DNA of 64,000 nucleotides from an uncultured Candidatus Saccharibacteria bacterium (GCA_964447515.1 CAYUSS010000004.1:532-64531), one strand, 5' to 3'. Shown: positions 42,811-52,738, numbered from the stretch's first letter. Made by a program: numbers and translations. The notes: a model not told the origin generated them from the letters alone.

Positions 42811-44406
42811 TTATAATTTATTTATTTTATAGAAATGAATCCCATTTTTTTCCTGGACTTCCCCGGAAGAGAACTCCTGGAAGAGTTTAGAAAATAAATC
42901 CTTGTCGTATTGCAGAGGGACGATAACTGTCTCTTTATTTATTTTAATCTGGTTTATATTTTCTGGCAATAAATAAATAGCTTGTGGCTCTGGATATTTT
43001 GTTCTTTCAATGAACATTGTAGTTTGGGCCGGCATTGGAATGCCGTTCGGCCAGGGTACAGGGACTCCTGATTGATTTACAATTACATATTTTTGAACAT
43101 CGTCGGGCAAAGAATTTAGGTATTTTCCAATGGCGACATAGTTTTCAGCGAAGGCTCCTTTCAATTCCGGTCTTTTAGCCCATTGGAAAAAGTATTTATC
43201 AAATTGAGCGTAAGCGATAGATAAAAGAATAATTGATAGACACAAATAAAGCGCGATTGTCTGATATTTCGTTTTAAAAAATCTTTTTATTTTTTTATAT
43301 AGCCAGAAAGCCCCAAAAGCGGCAAAAATATAGACGGACGGGATTACCCCAATAACTCGCAGTGAATGAGGAATTCCCTCATAGCTTAAAACTCCAGGTA
43401 AAAGCATTATGAGAAACCATGAAATTAAAAACCCAAAGGGAAAAAATTCCGAAAGTATACTTCTATGTAATAGTATGCTTTTATAATTACGATAAAGAGA
43501 GTAGATAAAACCAATTAGAAAAAATATTCCGATTGGCCAAAGAAGTTGGGGAGAGCCGGAAAAATTATGACGCCAGTTTCCGTCGCCGTAAAAATTAAAC
43601 ATCCCTAAGTGGAGAATGAGCGATTTACCTAAATTATAAATTGGATTTCCTTGGGAAAGAATTGACACTCCGGCTGCCCGTCCAAAAAATTGGGCGGGGT
43701 TTTCAAGAAAATAAATTCCAATTGGAAGAGCGACAATAAAAATAGTAAGCAGTAAGTATAAAGTATAACATATAAAAGTTTTTTGCTGTTTTTGTTTTTT
43801 ATAAATTAGCCACCAGCTTATTAAAGCTATTATTAGTAATAAGACTACAAATCTATAAGCAATATAAGTATAAAATCCAAGCCCTAAAAATAATCCGGAA
43901 ATTAGTAAATTTAAATACTTCTTAAGACGAAATCCTTTAAATAAAAAATAAAAACCAAAAGTTAAGAGGAAAGGGACTAAAATTGCCCGAAATTCAATTC
44001 GTGAAAAATTTACATGCCAAAAAGAAACAGCCAAGAAAAAAGAAGAGAGTAGAGCGATGTATTTAGTATTTAGTATTTTGTATTTAGTATTTTGGAAGAT
44101 TTCCTGAGTTAATAGATATAACCCCAAAACCGTTAGAATTCCAATTATTGCTGGGACAATTCTTATTGAGAAAATACTTACCCCGAAAATAGAAAAAGAT
44201 AAAGCGATTAAGTTAATAAAAAGACCTTCTCGGCCATTGTTTTCAGGATAAAAAACCATGCCTGGACCAGAAATCGCTTCATTTCCATTAATTGCCTCAT
44301 CAGGATAAAGCCCCGGAGGAATATTATTCAATTGCCACAATCTAAAGAAACAAGCAATTCCCAAAACAATCAATAAGATTATTAAAATCTTATATTTTTT
44401 ATTCAT
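42811..44406 (-). CDS. GT39/ArnT-like glycosyltransferase (carries an in-frame 35-nt heptamer array)
   Basis: 531 aa, polytopic, with loop motif PDEAINGNEA. Array 44058-44092 encodes NTKYKILNTKY. Confidence 0.7.
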   Translation of the reverse strand: MNKKYKILIILLIVLGIACFFRLWQLNNIPPGLYPDEAINGNEAISGPGMVFYPENNGREGLFINLIALSFSIFGVSIFSIRIVPAIIGILTVLGLYLLTQEIFQNTKYKILNTKYIALLSSFFLAVSFWHVNFSRIEFRAILVPFLLTFGFYFLFKGFRLKKYLNLLISGLFLGLGFYTYIAYRFVVLLLIIALISWWLIYKKQKQQKTFICYTLYLLLTIFIVALPIGIYFLENPAQFFGRAAGVSILSQGNPIYNLGKSLILHLGMFNFYGDGNWRHNFSGSPQLLWPIGIFFLIGFIYSLYRNYKSILLHRSILSEFFPFGFLISWFLIMLLPGVLSYEGIPHSLRVIGVIPSVYIFAAFGAFWLYKKIKRFFKTKYQTIALYLCLSIILLSIAYAQFDKYFFQWAKRPELKGAFAENYVAIGKYLNSLPDDVQKYVIVNQSGVPVPWPNGIPMPAQTTMFIERTKYPEPQAIYLLPENINQIKINKETVIVPLQYDKDLFSKLFQEFSSGEVQEKNGIHFYKINKL

Positions 44407-44522
44407 TAAATAATTTTAACATATTTTAGAAAATAATACCCGACATTGAACATCAAAAATGTCGGGTATTGAACATTTTATTGACTTTTGGATATAATTT
44501 GATAAAATGGTAAGGTAGAATT

Positions 44523-45005
44523 ATGGAAAAGAAGAAAAGCGGAAAAAGTAAAATTAAAGAAGAATTAGAAGAATGTCAGAAAATAAAAGAGGAATATTTA
44601 GCTAATTGGAAAAGAGAACGGGCCGATTTTTTGAATTATAAAAAGGGGGAAACAGAAAGGATGGAGGAATTTTTGAAATATGTCAATGTAAATTTAATAT
44701 TGAAAATTTTACCGATTTTAGATAATATATACATTGCTGAGAAAAAAATTCCTGAGGAATTAAAAAACAATCAATGGATAGAAGGATTTTTAAAAATAAA
44801 GAATCAATTTGAGGATTTTTTGAAAGAACGGGGGATAGAAGAAATAAAATCTTTGGGGAAAAAATTTGACCCTAATTTTCACGAAGCTGTTGAGACAGCA
44901 GAGACAAAAGGAAAAGAATCTGGTATAATCGTTGATGAAATTAAAAAAGGTTATAAAATAAAGGATAAAGTTTTGAGGCCAGCCCGAGTGCGGGTTTCAA
45001 AATAA
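44523..45005 (+). CDS. grpE: nucleotide exchange factor GrpE
   Basis: Coiled-coil N-terminus with W.RE.ADF.NY.KR-like NWKRERADFLNYKK, and FDPNFHEAV. Confidence 0.88.
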   Translation: MEKKKSGKSKIKEELEECQKIKEEYLANWKRERADFLNYKKGETERMEEFLKYVNVNLILKILPILDNIYIAEKKIPEELKNNQWIEGFLKIKNQFEDFLKERGIEEIKSLGKKFDPNFHEAVETAETKGKESGIIVDEIKKGYKIKDKVLRPARVRVSK

Positions 45006-45011
45006 AAATTT

Positions 45012-46928
45012 ATGGCAAAAATTTTAGGAATAGACCTTGGGACAACTTTTTCGGCAATGGCTGTAATAGAAAACGGTGAGCCGAAGATTATTGAGAATAG
45101 AGAGGGAGCCAGAACAACTCCCTCGGTTGTGGCATTGACCAAAAAAGGCGAAAGATTAGTGGGAGTTTTAGCTCGGCGTCAACAAATTACCAATCCCCAA
45201 AATACTATTTTTTCTACTAAACGTTTGATTGGGAGGCGTTTTTCAGATGCTCAAATTCAGAAAGACAAAAAACTCTTGCCCTACGAAATTAGAGAATCAA
45301 AAGATGGGGGAGTAGAGGTTAAAATGGGAGATAAATGGCATAGACCAGCTGAGATTTCTGCAATGATTTTGCAAAAACTAAAACAAGATGCTGAACAAAA
45401 ATTGGGTGAGAAAATCACAGATGCTGTAATTACTTGCCCCGCATACTTTGATGATTCTCAAAGAAAAGCAACTAAGGTTGCCGGAGAAATTGCCGGGTTT
45501 AATGTAAAAAGAGTAATAAACGAACCTACTGCTGCAGCTTTAGCTTATAGTTTGACCAAAGCAAAAAGTCGGCAAATTGTGGTTTATGATTTTGGCGGAG
45601 GAACTTTTGATATTTCTATTCTGGATGTTTCAAAAGAGACAGTAAAAGTTATAGGTACCGGAGGAGATACTCATCTTGGTGGAGACGATTTCGACCAAAA
45701 GGTGATGAATTGGATAATCTCAGAATATAAAAAAGAACAGGGAATTGATTTGTCAAAAGACCAGTTAGCTTTGCAGAGAATCAAAGAAGCAGCTGAAAAA
45801 GCAAAAATTGAGCTTTCCACGACCCTGGAAACAGAAATTAATCTTCCTTTTGTTACCTCAGATTCTTCTGGACCAAAACATCTTTATTTGAAATTGACCC
45901 GGGCTCAATTCGAAAACTTGGTGAAAGAATATATTGACAAATCAATTGAGTTAGTTAAAAAAACCCTAAAAGAAACAAAATTAGAACCTAAAGATATTGA
46001 AGAGGTAATTTTGGTTGGAGGGCAAACAAGAACCCCAGCTATTCAAGAAGCAGTAAAGAATTTTCTCGGTAAAGAGCCCAATAAGTCAATTAACCCGGAT
46101 GAAGTAGTAGCAATTGGAGCCGCTATTCAAGCAGGAATTATGGGTGGAGAAGCGAAAGAAGTTCTTTTGCTGGATGTAACTCCTCTTTCTTTAGGAATTG
46201 AAACATTGGGAGGAGTAAATACTATTTTAATTCCTAAGAATACTACTGTCCCTACTTCCAAAAAACAGATTTTCTCTACTGCTACCGATAACCAACCTTC
46301 GGTAGAAATTCATGTTCTTCAAGGAGAGAGACCAATGGTTGCAGATAATAAAACCCTGGGAAGGTTTATGTTGGATGGAATTCCTCCTGCTCCGAGAGGG
46401 ATTCCTCAAATTGAAGTTGCCTTTGATATTGACACTAATGGAATTTTGAACGTTTCAGCCCTGGATAAAGCTACTAACAAAAGTCAATCAATCAGAATTG
46501 AAGCGTCTTGTGAAATTTCCAAGGAGGAAGCAGAGAAAATGAAGAAAGAAGCTGAAGCTCATACCCAAGAGGATAAAAAGAAAAAAGAGCTAATTGAGGC
46601 GAGAAATATTGCAGATAACCTTATTTATACTTCTGAAAAGACCCTGAGGGAGGCAGGAGATAAAATAGACCAAAACACTAAAAAGGAGGTTGAAGGGAAA
46701 GTAGAAGAATTGAAAAAAGTGAAAGATGGTGATAATATAGAAGAAATAAAAAGTAAAACCTCGGATCTTTCTCAGGTAATTCAGAAAGCTGGAGCCGAAC
46801 TTTACAAAACAACCCAAGGAGCACAGAAGAAAGAGGAACCATCCTCCTCTGCTGAAGCTTCGGAGGACAAGAAGAAAGAGGATAAGGGGAAAGATGCTGA
46901 GGAAGGAAAATACCACGACAAATCCTAA
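45012..46928 (+). CDS. dnaK: molecular chaperone DnaK
   Basis: [25 protein letters not shown]. Acidic/Lys-rich C-terminus. Confidence 0.97.
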   Translation: MAKILGIDLGTTFSAMAVIENGEPKIIENREGARTTPSVVALTKKGERLVGVLARRQQITNPQNTIFSTKRLIGRRFSDAQIQKDKKLLPYEIRESKDGGVEVKMGDKWHRPAEISAMILQKLKQDAEQKLGEKITDAVITCPAYFDDSQRKATKVAGEIAGFNVKRVINEPTAAALAYSLTKAKSRQIVVYDFGGGTFDISILDVSKETVKVIGTGGDTHLGGDDFDQKVMNWIISEYKKEQGIDLSKDQLALQRIKEAAEKAKIELSTTLETEINLPFVTSDSSGPKHLYLKLTRAQFENLVKEYIDKSIELVKKTLKETKLEPKDIEEVILVGGQTRTPAIQEAVKNFLGKEPNKSINPDEVVAIGAAIQAGIMGGEAKEVLLLDVTPLSLGIETLGGVNTILIPKNTTVPTSKKQIFSTATDNQPSVEIHVLQGERPMVADNKTLGRFMLDGIPPAPRGIPQIEVAFDIDTNGILNVSALDKATNKSQSIRIEASCEISKEEAEKMKKEAEAHTQEDKKKKELIEARNIADNLIYTSEKTLREAGDKIDQNTKKEVEGKVEELKKVKDGDNIEEIKSKTSDLSQVIQKAGAELYKTTQGAQKKEEPSSSAEASEDKKKEDKGKDAEEGKYHDKS

Positions 46929-46936
46929 ATCCGAAA

Positions 46937-47123
46937 ATGGAAATTAGACGTATAGAAAATAGAAATTGGTAATGGAAAACAAAGGAGGGCATCTGGATAT
47001 CGGGAGATCCGGGACTAGGAAATCAGGTTATCAGGAGATCCGGAGAAAATTAGTTCCTGATATCCGGATTCCCGGATATCCTTTTCCATTTTCCAATTTC
47101 CATTACCAATTTCTAATTTCCAT
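46937..47123. repeat. long imperfect inverted repeat of about 190 nt filling the dnaK-dnaJ spacer
   Basis: The left arm ATGGAAATTAG...AAATTGGTAATGGAAA...GGATATCGGGAGATCCGG pairs with the right arm CCGGATTCCCGGATATCC...TTTCCATTACCAATTTCTAATTTCCAT. Confidence 0.7.
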
Positions 47124-47141
47124 ATAACTAATTTCTAAAAC

Positions 47142-48242
47142 ATGATGGATTACTACAAAACATTAGGCATTTCCCATAACGCTTCGTCAGCAGAAATCAA
47201 AAAGGCCTATTACGAATTAGCTCACAAATATCATCCTGATAAAGGAGGAGACGAAAAGAAAATGAAAGAAATAAACGAGGCCTATCAAGTTCTTTCTGAT
47301 AAAGAAAAAAAATCTCAGTATGATAAATTTGGAAGGGTTTTTGAGGGGGGTGGTTCAGGTCCTGGAACAGCGCCCGGATTTGATTTTAATTGGTTTTGGG
47401 GAAAATCTCCTAGAAAAGGTCCAGATTTGGAATTTGATTTTGAAGATTTAGGTGATATGTTTGAAGATTTTTTTGGTTTTGGAGGAAGAGAAAAACAAAA
47501 AAGAGATATTAAAAAAGGCAGGAATATTAAAATTGATATAGAAATTCCCTTAGAAGAAACCCTAAAAAGTATAACCAAGGAAGTTTCTATGTATAAGGCA
47601 ATTCAATGTCCTCGCTGTGGAGGCAAAGGAGCCGAACCGGGTACCCCTTTAAATGAATGTTTTTCCTGTCGCGGCACCGGCCAGGTTCAGCAGGTAAAAA
47701 GAACTTTTTTGGGTTCATTTACCCGTTGGGCTGTTTGTCCTGAATGTAAAGGCGAGGGCTCTAAGCCTGAGAAGCCCTGTAATGTTTGTAAGGGAGAGGG
47801 GAGAATTAAAGCAGAGGAAGATATCAAAATTTTTATTCCAGCCGGAGTTGATTCAAACCAGGTAATTAAAATTAGCGGCAAAGGAGAAGCCGGCAAAAAA
47901 GGAGGAAAGCCAGGAGATTTATATGTCAGAATTTTGGTAAAAGAACATTCCACTTTTGTTAGAAGAGGTGACGATTTATATATTTCCGTTCCTTTAACTT
48001 TTTCCCAGGTCTCTTTAGGAGATGAAATTGAGGTAGCAACATTAGAAGGAAGCAAATTTTCACTCAAAATTTCTTCAGGGACTGAGTCGGGGAAAGTGTT
48101 GCGAATTTCAGGAAAAGGTATTCCTCATTTCTCAAGCTATGGAAAAGGGAATCTCTATGTTGAATTGGTTGTCAAGACCCCAAAACGGTTGACCAAAAAA
48201 CAAAAAGAATTATTGAAGAAATTGAAAGAGGAGGGTCTCTAA
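47142..48242 (+). CDS. dnaJ: molecular chaperone DnaJ
   Basis: J domain with HPD (YHPDKGG), G/F region, and four CxxCxGxG zinc motifs. Confidence 0.95.
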   Translation: MMDYYKTLGISHNASSAEIKKAYYELAHKYHPDKGGDEKKMKEINEAYQVLSDKEKKSQYDKFGRVFEGGGSGPGTAPGFDFNWFWGKSPRKGPDLEFDFEDLGDMFEDFFGFGGREKQKRDIKKGRNIKIDIEIPLEETLKSITKEVSMYKAIQCPRCGGKGAEPGTPLNECFSCRGTGQVQQVKRTFLGSFTRWAVCPECKGEGSKPEKPCNVCKGEGRIKAEEDIKIFIPAGVDSNQVIKISGKGEAGKKGGKPGDLYVRILVKEHSTFVRRGDDLYISVPLTFSQVSLGDEIEVATLEGSKFSLKISSGTESGKVLRISGKGIPHFSSYGKGNLYVELVVKTPKRLTKKQKELLKKLKEEGL

Positions 48243-48264
48243 AATTCTGAATTCTTGATAATTT

Positions 48265-48304
48265 AAAACCCGATGTTACATAGAATTGTGGAACATCGGG
48301 TTTT
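48265..48304 (+). terminator. terminator-like hairpin after dnaJ
   Basis: AAAACCCGATGTT-(14 nt)-AACATCGGGTTTT. Confidence 0.6.
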
Positions 48305-48355
48305 GATTTAAGTTGCTTTTGTTCTAAAATATGATAGAATATAATAATGTTTAAT

Positions 48356-48429
48356 GCCCCCATAGCTCAACTAGGTAGAGCAGGATCCTTTTAAGATCAA
48401 GGTTCTCCGTTCGATTCGGAGTGGGGGCA
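48356..48429 (+). tRNA. tRNA-Lys (anticodon UUU)
   Basis: Manual cloverleaf: acceptor GCCCCCA/TGGGGGC, D arm GCTC..GAGC, anticodon arm GGATC-CTTTTAA-GATCA, T arm CTCCG-TTCGATT-CGGAG. No encoded CCA. Confidence 0.9.
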
Positions 48430-48437
48430 CTATTAAT

Positions 48438-49265
48438 ATGACAGATCCATTATTAGTAGAAAAATGCAGGAAATTGAGAAAAAAAGGATTTACTCTTGGA
48501 AAAATTATTAAAGCTACTGGTCTTCCAAAAACTACAGTTTATGAGCATATTTGTGATATTCCACTTTCTAAAGAAATGAGGGAAAGAATAAGAAAAGAGG
48601 CAAGAGAAAAAATCAATGAATTTATTAAAAAATATAGAAAAGGAAAATGTATTCCTGGAAGAATAGTGCCCAAGCCAAAAGGATGAACAAATGAATTAAT
48701 ATTTCTTACAGCTCATTTTATGTTTGATGGAGAAATTAGATATGGTAGTTGCGTTTATCAAAATAGAAATATTGCTCTGGTTAATAAAGTAAAGGATTTG
48801 ATGCAAAAGATTTTTAATTTAAAACCTTATAATAAATTTTACGAAGAAACTGGAGTTCACCGAATTTCTTTTCACTATGTTGAGCTTGCCGATTATTTTA
48901 GAGAAAAAGTTAAAGAACTTAAAAAATATATCACGAATAGTTCTTTGTTAGAAAAGAAAATATTTCTTCAAGTGTTTTTTGATGATGAGGGATGTGCCTA
49001 TATCTATATTCGTGGCAATAATAGAAAGATAAGGGGATACCAACACAATTTGGAAACTTTAAGACTAATTCAAGCAATATTACAGGATTTTGATATAAAA
49101 AGCAGGATTGAAGAAAAAGGGCAAGAAGTTGTTATAAGTGGTAAACCAAACCTCATAAAATTTCGTGATAAAATTAATTTTTCAAAAGGCATTTTCATAA
49201 ATCCTGAACGTAAGAACAGTATCTGGAAGAAAAAATTAGAAAAAGAGAAATTCTTCAAAAAATAA
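48438..49265 (+). pseudogene. HTH plus LAGLIDADG homing endonuclease, single reading frame interrupted by one in-frame TGA (48684-48686)
   Basis: Track ORFs 48438..48686 and 48720..49265 share a frame with no other stop between them. Motifs are LTAHFMFDGEI and LQVFFDDEGCA (two LAGLIDADG-like helices), with an N-terminal HTH FTLGKIIKATGLPKTTVYEHI. Starts 8 nt after tRNA-Lys. Confidence 0.65.
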
Positions 49266-49328
49266 TTAATTCATATAGAACTTAAACAAAAAAATTTTGT
49301 TCTTTGAAAACTAAAAAAGGAGAGAGAA

Positions 49329-50051
49329 ATGCAAAAAGTAATCAAATCGATGGTCTTTTTAGGGATGACATATGGATATGGTTTTTTCGGCGGAGCTCTT
49401 TTCCATTTGTTGAGGTTTTTAAATATAATCAGAGTTTTTCACTATGAACGTTTTCCCCGCTATCAAGAGAATTTGGTCTTAGTTGCCAACCATCCTTCTT
49501 TACTTGAGCCCCTCTTGTTGCCAGCTTTGTTTTTCCCGGAATATATCTTTTATCCTCGGAAACTTGTTCCCTGGAGCACGCCAGATAAAAGGAATTACTG
49601 GGATCGCTGGTATTTTTTTTGGATAAAGCCTCGAGCAATTCCTGTTGATAGAGGAAATAGGTTAGCAGAGATGAAATCTTTGCTGCAGATGAAAAAAGTT
49701 CTTAATTCGGGAGGAAGAATTATTCTATTTCCCGAGGGCGGAAGAACATTCAGGGGAAGAAAATTTTTGTATAGCAAGACAAGGAGAAAGATTAGAGAGT
49801 TAAAAGAGGGGATTGGCTGGTTAGTTTTAAAGACTAAAGCTCTAATTGTCCCAATCTGGGTTGAAGGGACTGATAAAGTTCTACCGAACAGCAGATTTTA
49901 CAGTAGATATCCTTTCTTGAGATTTTGGAAAAGAATAACAATAAAAATTGGTAAACCTCAAAGATTCCAAAGCCAAAGATTCCAAAAAATCAAACAAGTT
50001 ACCGAAAGAATTACCCAGGCTCTTTTAGAATTAGCCGATGAAGAGGAGTAG
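49329..50051 (+). CDS. plsC: 1-acyl-sn-glycerol-3-phosphate acyltransferase family protein
   Basis: Acyltransferase block I as NHPSLLEP (an HX4E variant of HX4D) and block III FPEGGRT. Confidence 0.75.
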   Translation: MQKVIKSMVFLGMTYGYGFFGGALFHLLRFLNIIRVFHYERFPRYQENLVLVANHPSLLEPLLLPALFFPEYIFYPRKLVPWSTPDKRNYWDRWYFFWIKPRAIPVDRGNRLAEMKSLLQMKKVLNSGGRIILFPEGGRTFRGRKFLYSKTRRKIRELKEGIGWLVLKTKALIVPIWVEGTDKVLPNSRFYSRYPFLRFWKRITIKIGKPQRFQSQRFQKIKQVTERITQALLELADEEE

Positions 50052-50090
50052 TAAGCTGTATTGGGAAAAAGATACTACTCTTCATCTTTT

Positions 50091-50161
50091 GGGCCCATAG
50101 TATAGTGGTAAAACACCTCTATGGCATAGAGGAATCGCGAGTTCGACTCTCGCTGGGTCCA
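50091..50161 (+). tRNA. tRNA-Ala (anticodon GGC)
   Basis: Acceptor GGGCCCA/TGGGTCC with a G3:U70 pair. Anticodon arm CCTCT-ATGGCAT-AGAGG, T arm GCGAG-TTCGACT-CTCGC. Confidence 0.88.
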
Positions 50162-50166
50162 CAAAA

Positions 50167-50198
50167 GAATCGCCAAAACGGCGATTTTTTGGTAGAAT
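50167..50198 (+). promoter_or_regulatory. terminator hairpin fused to extended -10 (TGGTAGAAT), 6 nt before the maf ATG
   Basis: GAATCGCC-AAAAC-GGCGATT plus a T-run, TGGTAGAAT at 50190-50198, ATG at 50205. Confidence 0.55.
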
Positions 50199-50204
50199 GA
50201 ATAT

Positions 50205-50786
50205 ATGGCAAAAATTATTTTAGCTACAACTTCTCCATACCGCAAGGAAACATTTGGTTATTTAGGTATTGATTTTGAAACAGAGGGAAGCAATGTAGAT
50301 GAAACCAAATTAGAAAGGAATAACCCAGAAGAATTAGTAAGAAACCTTTCAAAATTAAAAGCTGAAGCAGTAGCAAAAAATCATTCAGATGCTATTGTGA
50401 TTGGAATGGATTCGATTACTTATTTTAACGGACAGATTCTTGAAAAGCCCAAGTCAAGAGAAGAAGATTTTCAAAGGTTGAAAGCTCTTTCTGGTGGCAA
50501 CCATCAATTCTATACAGGAATCAATATGATTAACACTGGCTCTACTAAGATGCTATCAAGGATTGTTAAGACAAATGTCTTTATGAGAGAGCTTTCCGAG
50601 GAAGAGATCAACAAATACCTTGACGAAGACCCCAATTTTAATACTTATGCTTTAGGTTACGACCCCGTAAAACATTACAGTGCTTCATTTGTTAAAAGAA
50701 TAGAAGGGAGTTATTATAATCTTTTAGGAGGTATTCCTTTAGAAACAATAGTTGAAATGTTAAGAGAGATGGGTTATAAAGTATGA
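50205..50786 (+). CDS. maf: Maf-like nucleoside triphosphate pyrophosphatase
   Basis: ILATTSPYRKE N-terminus and the Maf family layout (..VIGMDS.., ..GGIPLE..). Confidence 0.8.
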   Translation: MAKIILATTSPYRKETFGYLGIDFETEGSNVDETKLERNNPEELVRNLSKLKAEAVAKNHSDAIVIGMDSITYFNGQILEKPKSREEDFQRLKALSGGNHQFYTGINMINTGSTKMLSRIVKTNVFMRELSEEEINKYLDEDPNFNTYALGYDPVKHYSASFVKRIEGSYYNLLGGIPLETIVEMLREMGYKV

Positions 50787-50824
50787 TTTGATTTATTTAT
50801 TAATTTTTGCTATAAAATAATAAT

Positions 50825-52024
50825 ATGTCTTCTGTCAAAAATAAATTTTTCTTAGTTATTATTTTTTTAATTATCTTTGGGGTTGGTTTTTGGGTTGGAG
50901 AAACCTCGGTGGTCTGTGATGTTTGTCCCCCCGAAGATATTAATTTTTCTCTTTTCTGGGAGGCCTGGGACAAGCTTCAAGAAAGATATGTAAACCCTGA
51001 AGATTTTGACGTTCAAGGGATGATTTATGGAGCAATTTCCGGAATGGTGAAATCCATGGAAGACCCTTATACTGTATTTTTTAATCCCCAGAACACTAAA
51101 AAATTTTTGGAAGATGTAAGCGGAAAATTTGAAGGAGTGGGAATGGAAATTGGCATAAGGAAAGGCCAACTTCAGGTTATTGCTCCTTTAGAGGGTACGC
51201 CAGCCCAGAGAGCCGGTTTGCGGCCTGGTGATAAAATTCTAAAAATAGACGATGTCTTGACTGCGGATATTGCTATTGAAGAAGCAGTAACTCTTATCCG
51301 GGGTTCCAAGGGAACAGAAGTAACCTTAACTATTTTTCGAGATGAGTGGAAAAATACAAGAGAATTTAAAATCAAAAGAGCGGTTATTAAAGTTCCTTCT
51401 TTAAAATGGGAATTACTTGACTCGACCGGTCAAGCCGATGAGAAAGGCAATATCGCTTATATAAAAATTTATCAGTTTGCCGAGAAACTAAATTCTGATT
51501 TTACAAAAGCGGCAATTGAAATTTTAAACAGCCCAGCTAAAAAAATAATTTTAGATTTAAGAAATAATCCCGGAGGTTATTTAATAAGAGCCCAAGACAT
51601 TGCCGGTTGGTTTTTAGAAAGAGGGAAAGTTGTGGTTATTGAGGATTTTGGTTCCGAAAGGGAGCAAGAGGTTTACAAAACTAAGGGTAATGCTGAATTT
51701 TCAGGTTATCCAATGGTAATTCTGATTAATCAAGGGTCAGCATCAGCTTCTGAAATTTTAGCCAGCGCTCTCCGTGATAATCGCGGTATAAAAATAATCG
51801 GAGAGACCTCTTTTGGAAAGGGCTCTGTCCAAGAATTAGAAAATTTAACTGACGGCTCCAGTTTAAAAATTACCATAGCAAAGTGGTTAACCCCTAATGA
51901 AGAATTTATTACTGGACTAGGATTAAAGCCAGATATTGAAATAAAAACGACAGAAGAGGATTATCAGGAGGAGAGAGATCCTCAACTGGATAAAGCTATT
52001 GAGATAATTCGGGAAATGGAGTAA
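50825..52024 (+). CDS. S41 carboxy-terminal processing peptidase with PDZ domain
   Basis: N-terminal anchor, PDZ (GLRPGDKILKIDD), catalytic region GSASASEI...FGKGSVQ. Confidence 0.85.
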   Translation: MSSVKNKFFLVIIFLIIFGVGFWVGETSVVCDVCPPEDINFSLFWEAWDKLQERYVNPEDFDVQGMIYGAISGMVKSMEDPYTVFFNPQNTKKFLEDVSGKFEGVGMEIGIRKGQLQVIAPLEGTPAQRAGLRPGDKILKIDDVLTADIAIEEAVTLIRGSKGTEVTLTIFRDEWKNTREFKIKRAVIKVPSLKWELLDSTGQADEKGNIAYIKIYQFAEKLNSDFTKAAIEILNSPAKKIILDLRNNPGGYLIRAQDIAGWFLERGKVVVIEDFGSEREQEVYKTKGNAEFSGYPMVILINQGSASASEILASALRDNRGIKIIGETSFGKGSVQELENLTDGSSLKITIAKWLTPNEEFITGLGLKPDIEIKTTEEDYQEERDPQLDKAIEIIREME

Positions 52025-52145
52025 AATAAAGTAATATCAAAAATCAAAATACAAAAATTTTGAAATTTGTTAATTCTAATTTTTAATATGTAATTTTGCT
52101 GTCGTAGACGACCCGTAGGGTCCTATTTGATATTTGATTTTTATT

Positions 52146-52595
52146 ATGAGAGTTATTCTTCTTCAGGATATAGAAAATATAGGAAAGAAATATGAAATTA
52201 AGGAGGTCAAAGACGGCTATGCCCAGAATTTTTTGATTCCTAAAAGATTAGTTAAACCGGCAACGAAAGAAGCTTTAAAATGGTTAGAAACCCAAAAAGA
52301 AATTAGAGAAAAGAAAGCCGAAAAAGAGCTGAAAGAAGCTCAGAAAATAGTTTCAGAGATTGATGGAGTAGAAATAGTGATTCCAGTTAAAATTGGCGAA
52401 AAAGAACAGTTCTTTGAAAAAATAAATTCCCAAAAAATTTCTGAGAAATTAAAAGAAAAAGGATTTGAAATTAAAAAAAGCCAAATTGGTTTGGAGCAAC
52501 CCATTGAGGAACTCGGTGAGTTTCCGATAAAGGTCAAATTTGAACATAATTTAGAAGCGGAAATAAGAGTAATAGTTACAGAAGAAAAAAAGTAA
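52146..52595 (+). CDS. rplI: 50S ribosomal protein L9
   Basis: MRVILLQDIENIGKKYEIKEVKDGYAQNFLIP is the canonical L9 N-domain. Start at ATG 52146. Confidence 0.9.
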   Translation: MRVILLQDIENIGKKYEIKEVKDGYAQNFLIPKRLVKPATKEALKWLETQKEIREKKAEKELKEAQKIVSEIDGVEIVIPVKIGEKEQFFEKINSQKISEKLKEKGFEIKKSQIGLEQPIEELGEFPIKVKFEHNLEAEIRVIVTEEKK

Positions 52596-52632
52596 GAACC
52601 TCGCCTTCGGCGAGAACCTTGATTCGCCAAGG
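52594..52632 (+). repeat. AAGAACC-hairpin-GAACCTTGATTCGCYAAGG element (3' of rplI)
   Basis: AAGAACCTCGCCTTCGGCGAGAACCTTGATTCGCCAAGG begins at the rplI stop codon. Confidence 0.75.
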
Positions 52633-52661
52633 TATAAATAAACATATTGCGGCTTCGCCGC

Positions 52662-52725
52662 ATAATTGCTTCGCTCGGTTGAAAAAGAAAAATAAACTTT
52701 TCTTTTTCTCTCTCGTTTGCAATTA
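52662..52725 (+). promoter_or_regulatory. conserved 64-nt leader motif (outer stem AATTGC/GCAATT, inner 11-bp purine/pyrimidine hairpin) upstream of pyrG
   Basis: GAAAAAGAAAA 52681-52691 pairs with TTTTCTTTTTC 52698-52708. About 80 percent identical to 60952-61015, upstream of the nuclease gene. Confidence 0.6.
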
Positions 52726-52738
52726 TAATCTTGAATTA

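Noticed and set aside
44406-47142. HrcA/CIRCE operator expected near grpE-dnaK-dnaJ.
   Set aside because: I could not find TTAGCACTC-N9-GAGTGCTAA or a close variant by eye in the upstream or intergenic regions.
48684-48686. Genome-wide TGA reassignment (code 4 or 25) as the explanation for the in-frame TGA.
   Set aside because: Many well-supported genes in the window end at TGA at the expected length (for example S51 peptidase 2, ftsQ, the HhH protein). Standard code 11 fits the window.
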